41,915 nucleotides of DNA from Candidatus Pacearchaeota archaeon (GTDB taxonomy: Archaea > Nanobdellota > Nanobdellia > Pacearchaeales > GW2011-AR1), in the NCBI GenBank assembly GCA_018303825.1, contig JAGVXK010000009.1, forward strand, positions 1 through 41,915, read 5' to 3'. Within the stretch, counting starts at the first letter, position 1. The number at the start of each line of letters is the position of its first letter. The notes beneath the pieces are model-generated. The model did not search any database and was not told the DNA's origin. It saw nothing but the letters and a program-made list of their open reading frames with translations. Position numbers and translations under genes: made by a program. Below are positions 35,971-41,915 of this stretch, piece by piece.

Positions 35971-36717
35971 ATGAAAAAGACAGGTATGTTGATTGTTATA
36001 ATCTTGCTTGGTGTTTTGTGCTTTAATCTTGCTGGTTTTGTTAGTGCATTAGACATTCCACAATATAAAGATAAATATGTGAATGATTTTGCAAATGTTC
36101 TTAATCCATCCAATAGCGCAATGCTTAAGGGATTGTTTTATGAAGTAGATACAAACACAACCGCAGAAGCTGTGTTTGTGAGCTTTGATACAATTGAAAC
36201 TGAGGCGATAAGTGATTATGCAGTAAGGATACTGCAGACATGGGGTGTTGGAAAGAGCGATAAAGATAACGGTATTGTTATATTATATGTTAAAGATATA
36301 AATAAAATATTCGCCGCGACTGGATACGGTGTAGAGGGAATACTGCCAGATTCAAAAATAGGAAGATTGTTTGATGAAAACTATGTCCTACGAAGAGATG
36401 CAGGAGATGTGCAACAAGGAATAATTGACTTTTCTGTTGCTTTATCAGATGTTTTATTTGAAAACAGGGAAGAAATATTATCTGAAAAGGCTTCTCCAAA
36501 AGACGTTTCACAAATAGATATAACATCTATTATTTTTATAATAGTCATAGTCATATTTATTATGAAGATAATTGCCCGTGCCGCATACTCTAAAAAGCCA
36601 AGGTCTTCCTGGCCCTGGTTTATACCTCTCTTTCTTCCTTCAGGAAGATCAAGTGGTGGATTCGGAGGCGGCGGTTTTGGCGGAGGAGCTGGCGGTGGCG
36701 GAGGAGCTGGGAGATAA
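35971..36717 (+). CDS. TPM-domain (YgcG-like) membrane protein
   Basis: YVNDFANVL, WGVGKSDKDNGIVI, TGYGVEGILPD, Gly-rich tail GGFGGGGFGGGAGGGGGAGR. Confidence 0.9.
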   Translation: MKKTGMLIVIILLGVLCFNLAGFVSALDIPQYKDKYVNDFANVLNPSNSAMLKGLFYEVDTNTTAEAVFVSFDTIETEAISDYAVRILQTWGVGKSDKDNGIVILYVKDINKIFAATGYGVEGILPDSKIGRLFDENYVLRRDAGDVQQGIIDFSVALSDVLFENREEILSEKASPKDVSQIDITSIIFIIVIVIFIMKIIARAAYSKKPRSSWPWFIPLFLPSGRSSGGFGGGGFGGGAGGGGGAGR

Positions 36718-36746
36718 GTTTATAAATTAAAAAAAGATGTATTGAA

Positions 36747-37340
36747 ATGGCTAAAGGTATTTCTAAGAAAGCATGGACATGGATTGTTGTAGCAGTTATT
36801 GTTCTTGTATTAATCTTTTGGGTGGCTGGAAGTTATAATAGATTTATAAGCATGGATCAGGCCATTAATGGAAGGTGGAGTGAAGTTGAAAATCAATATC
36901 AAAGGCAGGCAGATTTGATTCCAAATCTTGTTTCTGTTGTTTCAAGTTCTGTTAGTGTGGAGACAAAATTCGTCAAAGATGTTATTGCAGCAAGAACAAG
37001 CTGGCAAAACGCACATAGTGTGCAGGCGAAAGACACTGCCGGAGTTCAAATGGCCAATGGATTAGTTGCTTTTGTGAATGCGGTGGCAGAGAATTATCCG
37101 GTCCTGCAGGCAAATGCACAGTATGTTGCTCTTACTGATGAGCTTTCAGGAACTCAGAATAGAATCACGACTGCAAGAGGAAGATATATAGAAGCAATCC
37201 AGCAGTATAATATTGCAGTAAGAAGGTTTCCTTCTAACATCCTAGCAGGAATATTCGGCTTTACTGCCAAAGATTATTATCAAGCAGATGTTGCTTCGAT
37301 GACAACACCTGGCCTGGGTACTGGCCAGTTACCTCAATAA
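36747..37340 (+). CDS. lemA: LemA family protein
   Basis: WSEVENQYQRQADLIPNLV, ENYPVLQAN, NRITTARGRY, RRFPSNILAGIFGF; next to TPM gene. Confidence 0.95.
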   Translation: MAKGISKKAWTWIVVAVIVLVLIFWVAGSYNRFISMDQAINGRWSEVENQYQRQADLIPNLVSVVSSSVSVETKFVKDVIAARTSWQNAHSVQAKDTAGVQMANGLVAFVNAVAENYPVLQANAQYVALTDELSGTQNRITTARGRYIEAIQQYNIAVRRFPSNILAGIFGFTAKDYYQADVASMTTPGLGTGQLPQ

Positions 37341-37402
37341 TTCTCAGTGATTGTTTTTGGTGATTTGGAAAGATATATAATAAGTTCTTTTTGTTTAATT
37401 TA

Positions 37403-38767
37403 ATGGAAAAAGAAGTCACAGTGAAAGAAGCGCTTGATAGTGCATTAAAGAAACATTCAAATGGAGAACTACAAGAGGCAGAGATTATTTACAGAGCAAT
37501 TTTGGATAAATATCCTGATAATCCTGATGCACTGCACTTGCTTGGGTTAATTGCACATCAGACCGGAAATCATGAGGAAGCGGCCAGATTGGTTGAAAAG
37601 GCCATTGAAATCATGCCGAAAATGGCAATTTATTACGGAAATCTCGGAATGGTCTATGATTCTCTTGGAAATGAGGAAGAATCAACAAAAAATTTTGAAA
37701 AAGCCCTTGAATTGAACCCAAAATATAATAATGCCTATTTGGCACATTATAATCTTGGAGTTTATTATAAAGACAAAGGAGAACTTGAAAAAACATTGAT
37801 GCATTATGATAAATCTATTGAGTTAAACTCAGGTTTCGCCGATGCTCACTTCAATAGGGGACTTATTTTGCTTCTTCTAGGAAGGTTTGAAGAAGGATGG
37901 AAAGAATATGAATATAGATTCAAAAAAAGAAGTCCAACAGATTCTAGAGTTTTTAATAAACCTAAATGGGATGGTTCCAATTTAAATGGAAAAAGAATCT
38001 TTGTTCTTTCAGAGCAGGGTTTTGGAGATAGTATTCAATTTATCAGATACATTCCATTAATTAAAGAGCTCAATGGGTATGTTATCTTGGAATGCAGAAA
38101 AGAACTTAAAAGATTATTCAATAACCTTCCAGGGGTTGATGAGATAATTGAAAAACAAAATGGTGTTCCAAATATTGAGTTCGACTGCTATATTCATCTT
38201 ATGAGTCTTCCTGAGATTTTCAAAACCAATTTAGAAAATATTCCTAAAAAAATTCCTTATTTAAAGGCAGGTAAAGAGATTGCTGAAAAATTTAAGGAAA
38301 AGATAAAAAATGAGACAAATGAAAAGAAGTTCAAGATAGGAATTGCCTGGGCGGGAAATCCCAAGCAGGATAATGATAAAAATAGGTCTGCAAATATTGA
38401 TAAATTTAAAATTTTAGAGACAATCCCAGATGTACAGATATATTCATTGCAGAAGGGAGACTATTCCGAAGAATTAAAAAAAACAGAAATAATTGATATG
38501 AATAATGAAATGGATGACTTTGCTGATACTTCTGGGATAATTGAAAATATGGACTTGATTATATCTGTTGATACTTCTATTTCCCATCTTGCTGGAGCAA
38601 TGGGAAAACCGGTATGGACTTTGCTGGCTTTTATTCCGGATTGGAGGTATCTTCTTGAAAGAAACGACAGCCCCTGGTATAAAAGTATGAGATTATTCAG
38701 GCAAAAGAAAAAGGGAGACTGGGATTCTTTATTAAATGAAGTCATTGAAGAAATAAAAATACACTAA
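37403..38767 (+). CDS. TPR-repeat + GT9-like glycosyltransferase
   Basis: TPRs (DALHLLG, AHYNLG, AHFNRG) then EQGFGDSIQF, IGIAWAGNP, ISVDTSISHLAGAMG, DWRY...SPWY. Confidence 0.9.
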   Translation: MEKEVTVKEALDSALKKHSNGELQEAEIIYRAILDKYPDNPDALHLLGLIAHQTGNHEEAARLVEKAIEIMPKMAIYYGNLGMVYDSLGNEEESTKNFEKALELNPKYNNAYLAHYNLGVYYKDKGELEKTLMHYDKSIELNSGFADAHFNRGLILLLLGRFEEGWKEYEYRFKKRSPTDSRVFNKPKWDGSNLNGKRIFVLSEQGFGDSIQFIRYIPLIKELNGYVILECRKELKRLFNNLPGVDEIIEKQNGVPNIEFDCYIHLMSLPEIFKTNLENIPKKIPYLKAGKEIAEKFKEKIKNETNEKKFKIGIAWAGNPKQDNDKNRSANIDKFKILETIPDVQIYSLQKGDYSEELKKTEIIDMNNEMDDFADTSGIIENMDLIISVDTSISHLAGAMGKPVWTLLAFIPDWRYLLERNDSPWYKSMRLFRQKKKGDWDSLLNEVIEEIKIH

Positions 38768-38772
38768 ATTAA

Positions 38773-39156
38773 CTATTCTTTCTTGGCCTTCGGAGAAAAG
38801 TTTATACTCTCACTTGATATAGAACCCATGCCATCTTCGCCAATATTTGTCCACTCGTCAGGATAAATCAATATATTAGTCCCGGCCGCGATTTCATTCA
38901 GCAAACAAATAATTGGTTTTCTTGAATTCTCTGTTCTTTCCATAACTCTTAATCTATATGTCTTATTTTGATTTGTAAGAACGAGCGCATAGCATGGATG
39001 CTGGTACCCTAATGAAGAGCCAAGCTCTTCAACTACTGCTGCTTCAATTGGCTCGCGACTATTTACTTGACTGTATTCAACTTTTCTGTTGCATGCACTT
39101 GAGCAAGTTAACAGACCTGCCAGTCCGATAGCCGCCACCGCTCTCCTTATTTCCAT
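38773..39156 (-). CDS. Putative lipoprotein/secreted hypothetical protein
   Basis: Signal-like N-terminus with LTCSSAC. Confidence 0.55.
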   Translation of the reverse strand: MEIRRAVAAIGLAGLLTCSSACNRKVEYSQVNSREPIEAAVVEELGSSLGYQHPCYALVLTNQNKTYRLRVMERTENSRKPIICLLNEIAAGTNILIYPDEWTNIGEDGMGSISSESINFSPKAKKE

Positions 39157-39239
39157 GCTATAGCATGAATATGTCTCTTATTTAAGCTTTCTTTATGTTT
39201 TTCACTACTTAGTTATACTAAAAAAGGATTGTTAAAATC

Positions 39240-39620
39240 TTATAGGGTTCTGGATCTTTCTTCTAGTGGGATAAACGGTCTTAAGATTGATTCTAATTTA
39301 TTTATGAACTGAATATCTGGTTGCAAGCCAATTTGATGAGAGTATCCTAAAAGATTTGTTGTGATGTGCAAAACCTTTGTCGTTGCTGATGAAAGCAACT
39401 GGATTTTTGGAAGCTGCCTGTTTGCCCTTGATGGGTCTGCCTTCATTATTATCTCTCTTTCTTTTTGATTTGGCTGAACAAGGTGATCAAGCATATAATG
39501 TTTCCATAAGAACGGAACAGTTATAGTAACGTCCAAGTCTTGCAATCGGACACTATATTCGCTGCCACCTTCTCTTACACAACCGGTGTTTTCTCTGAAA
39601 GCACAATAATTAATTGCCAT
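39240..39620 (-). CDS. Hypothetical protein
   Basis: ORF track, 126 aa. Confidence 0.55.
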   Translation of the reverse strand: MAINYCAFRENTGCVREGGSEYSVRLQDLDVTITVPFLWKHYMLDHLVQPNQKEREIIMKADPSRANRQLPKIQLLSSATTKVLHITTNLLGYSHQIGLQPDIQFINKLESILRPFIPLEERSRTL

Positions 39621-39731
39621 GCTTATTCTTTTAACATGAGATATTTAAACTTTTCACTTCTTGAACATTACTATAATAAAGATATTAATGATTACATATA
39701 AAAATAAATACCTTTTAATTTGGCTTATTTT

Positions 39732-40079
39732 ATGAATATGATTGAAAAAATAAATAACAAGACCATTGCATTGGGATTTTGCGCTTTTGGGAGAGCTTTA
39801 GATTTATCAACAACATGGGTTGGATTGGAAAGATCTATTGCAGAAGAAATTAAACCTGGAGCATTGCATATAATGCAGATAATGGGGGATCACAAGGGGC
39901 TGATTTGCTATGAGGCCCTGATTACCACTCCTTTGATTTTTCTTGGTTGTAAATATCTCAATAATAAATTGAGGTCTGATAAAAGCAAGGCAACTACTGC
40001 AGAAAACCTATTTCTTTATGGCATTGGAGCTATTTCTTTGATTGTTACAAATCATAATTTGCAGTATTTACTAAGATAA
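39732..40079 (+). CDS. Hypothetical membrane protein
   Basis: Hydrophobic segments; DLSTTWVG motif. Confidence 0.55.
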   Translation: MNMIEKINNKTIALGFCAFGRALDLSTTWVGLERSIAEEIKPGALHIMQIMGDHKGLICYEALITTPLIFLGCKYLNNKLRSDKSKATTAENLFLYGIGAISLIVTNHNLQYLLR

Positions 40080-40081
40080 TT

Positions 40082-40723
40082 TTATTTAATTTTATGTCTT
40101 ATGTATTGAACTATTGCTGGTGTGAATGACAATATTATAATTGCAATTATTACTAGACTTAAGTTTTCTTTTATGAAAGAAATGTTACCAAAGAAGAAAC
40201 CTGCGAAAAGGAATAGAGCTACCCAAGCTATGCCTCCAAGAACATTATAAATTAAAAATCTTAGATAGTCCATCTTTCCAACCCCTGCTATAAATGGAGC
40301 CACAGTCCTTACAACGGGAAGAAATCTTGCAATAACTATTGTTTTGCTCCCATATTTTCTGAAGAATTCTTTTGTTCTGTTTAAGTTTTCTATTTTTATC
40401 CACCCTTTTTCATAAAAAAATCTTTCTCCAAAATAACTTCCAAGAAAATAATTAAATGAATCTCCCAAAATAGCGGCAAGGGAAAGCAGGAAAAAGATTA
40501 AAACGACATTTAGAGAGCCTAAAGCAGCAAAGGTTCCTACAACGAACAATAAAGAATCTCCGGGAAGAAAAGGAGTTACCAAAAGACCTGTTTCCAGGAA
40601 AATAATCAAGAATAAAATTGCATATGTAAGAATTCCAAATTTCTGAATTATAATGTTTATGTATTTGTCTATATGGACTATGAAGTCTATGATGAGGTTC
40701 ATATAAACTGGAAATAAAAGCAA
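40082..40723 (-). CDS. DedA family protein
   Basis: IFLETGLLVTPFLPGDSLLF, ARFLPVVRTVAPFIAG, YNVLGGIAW. Confidence 0.93.
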   Translation of the reverse strand: MLLFPVYMNLIIDFIVHIDKYINIIIQKFGILTYAILFLIIFLETGLLVTPFLPGDSLLFVVGTFAALGSLNVVLIFFLLSLAAILGDSFNYFLGSYFGERFFYEKGWIKIENLNRTKEFFRKYGSKTIVIARFLPVVRTVAPFIAGVGKMDYLRFLIYNVLGGIAWVALFLFAGFFFGNISFIKENLSLVIIAIIILSFTPAIVQYIRHKIK

Positions 40724-40956
40724 TATATAAATTAACTGATTTTGATATTTTTAATTTCTCAATGCTTTGTTGAGCCAATTGGTTATGACTTAAAATTACT
40801 AGGGATTAGGAAGATACAATGTTAACCTTATTCTTAATAAAATGCTGTGATAATTTGCGATGGTAATTTGGTTACGGATGATTGAATCTCAAATTCTAAA
40901 ATATATGTTCTTTTCAATATATGTTTAAATACCTTGAATATTGTGCATCTGATAAG

Positions 40957-41505
40957 ATGGGTGATATAATAAAAGAGGATTTGGATAGACATTTTGCATA
41001 CCTTAAAGAATGCTATCAATATGCAAAAGAGTATTCTCATGATAAAAGCACTTGGAATTCTGCTAAGCTTATAAGAAATGACGGCATACCTATTGCAATT
41101 GAAGCAAATAGAGTTATGGAGGGGATTGAACCAACAGAAGAAATACTGACAAAAAGACCGGATAAATATTTTTACACGGGTCATGCGGAAGAAAGAGTTC
41201 TCTGGAAAGCACTTGATATGGGATTTACTGATTTTAAAAATTCAACCATGTTCTGTCCCTGGTATGCCTGCCACACATGCGCAAGAACCATATTAGGATT
41301 TGGAGTCGGGAGAATAATAGGACATCAATCTCCTATGGACTGGGACGGGGAGATAGCAAGAAAAGGCGATGGAAGAATGGAATGGCTGCCAAGCATTGAA
41401 GCAGCATGGAATATGTTCAGGAAAAGGGGAGTTGATTTCAGATATCTTATTGGAAAAATAGGCGGGGTTGAGAATCTTCATGCAGGAAGAATCTTCTACC
41501 CTTAA
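40957..41505 (+). CDS. Zinc-dependent (deoxy)cytidylate deaminase family protein
   Basis: HAEE and PWYACHTC zinc motifs; likely start MGDII at 40957. Confidence 0.85.
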   Translation: MGDIIKEDLDRHFAYLKECYQYAKEYSHDKSTWNSAKLIRNDGIPIAIEANRVMEGIEPTEEILTKRPDKYFYTGHAEERVLWKALDMGFTDFKNSTMFCPWYACHTCARTILGFGVGRIIGHQSPMDWDGEIARKGDGRMEWLPSIEAAWNMFRKRGVDFRYLIGKIGGVENLHAGRIFYP

Positions 41506-41556
41506 TTTTATAAACTTCAAAGTAATCGGTAATTTATAGAAAGAAAGTATTTTGAG

Positions 41557-41769
41557 GTGCCAAAGAGAATAGATAAATATCTCCGCCCGCTTGTTATAAC
41601 ATTTGTTTCAGCATTATATTTGTCTGTTGTTGTTCCTTCCATAAGAGAATTTGTAGGATATACTAAAGCCTCCAAAGAGCGACATCCATCTGTAAATAAT
41701 AATTACTCCGACAGAATACAACCTGCAAATACTTTGGGTGGAAAGAAATTGCAGGATAAATTAAACTAG
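41557..41769 (+). CDS. Small hypothetical membrane-anchored protein
   Basis: GTG start, one TM. Confidence 0.45.
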   Translation: MPKRIDKYLRPLVITFVSALYLSVVVPSIREFVGYTKASKERHPSVNNNYSDRIQPANTLGGKKLQDKLN

Positions 41770-41776
41770 AATATCT

Positions 41777-41810
41777 GTGACATCCTCCTAGCCCTAAAGG
41801 GCTAGGCGTC
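41777..41810 (-). mobile_element. IS200/IS605-family right end with subterminal hairpin
   Basis: CCTAGCCC-TAAA-GGGCTAGG (41787-41806); minus strand ends GGAGGATGTCAC (TCAC at 41780-41777). Confidence 0.8.
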
Positions 41811-41819
41811 CAGTTGGTC

Positions 41820-41915
41820 TTATTGCGTCGCGTGGTGCAACGATTGATTTTCTATATATGCAAATACTTGTTCAAATTCTGCTCCGACTGAACAGCAAAA
41901 ATATCCTGCATTCCA
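41820..41915 (-). CDS. tnpA: IS200-family TnpA (HUH Y1 transposase), C-terminal part; gene continues beyond the window
   Basis: WNAGYFCCSVGAEFEQVFAYIENQ matches the W..GYF..SVG......V..YIENQ motif including the catalytic Tyr. Confidence 0.88.
   Translation of the reverse strand, partial: WNAGYFCCSVGAEFEQVFAYIENQSLHHATQ

Noticed and set aside
1037-41520. Numerous ORF-track entries antisense to or nested in confident genes (e.g. 4394..4870, 16014..16322, 18885..19823, 28927..29412)
   Set aside because: Shadow ORFs of well-supported genes on the opposite strand or frame.

Overview
AT-rich archaeal chromosome segment, most consistent with a DPANN genome (Pacearchaeota/Woesearchaeota-like; inference from aEF-1alpha, aIF5B, archaeal DnaG, A1-U72 initiator tRNA and TATA-led leaderless genes). 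Housekeeping genes (rnhB, infB, adk, tuf, dnaG, nfo, smc, tRNA-Met, tRNA-Asp) are interspersed with accessory DNA. The main discovery candidate is at about 11.65-18.42 kb: an array of five gene-bearing modules plus one gene-less module upstream of an IntI-like tyrosine recombinase that lacks the integron I2 insertion. Modules are separated by a short conserved site (TTGARnyTAAY-N3/4-GTTAGT). Each module begins with branched hairpins and carries its own unique inverted-repeat clamp that pairs across the whole gene(s). In three modules a GGGYGGG tract sits on both sides between two stems, giving four G-runs (possible duplex-G-quadruplex). This looks like an 'inside-out attC', gene-in-the-loop cassette system. 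Other notable items: a 200-bp MITE with 9-bp TSD, an Smc-type ATPase with a central CPLC zinc hook instead of a recognisable hinge, a tRNA-Asp flanked by islands duplicating its 5' and 3' ends (HicAB; GT9-SLOG-PRTase operon), a chorismate mutase/TyrA/PheA cluster, a non-canonical initiator tRNA, an IS200 right end and several frameshifted genes. All calls are from manual reading; no searches or folding programs were run.
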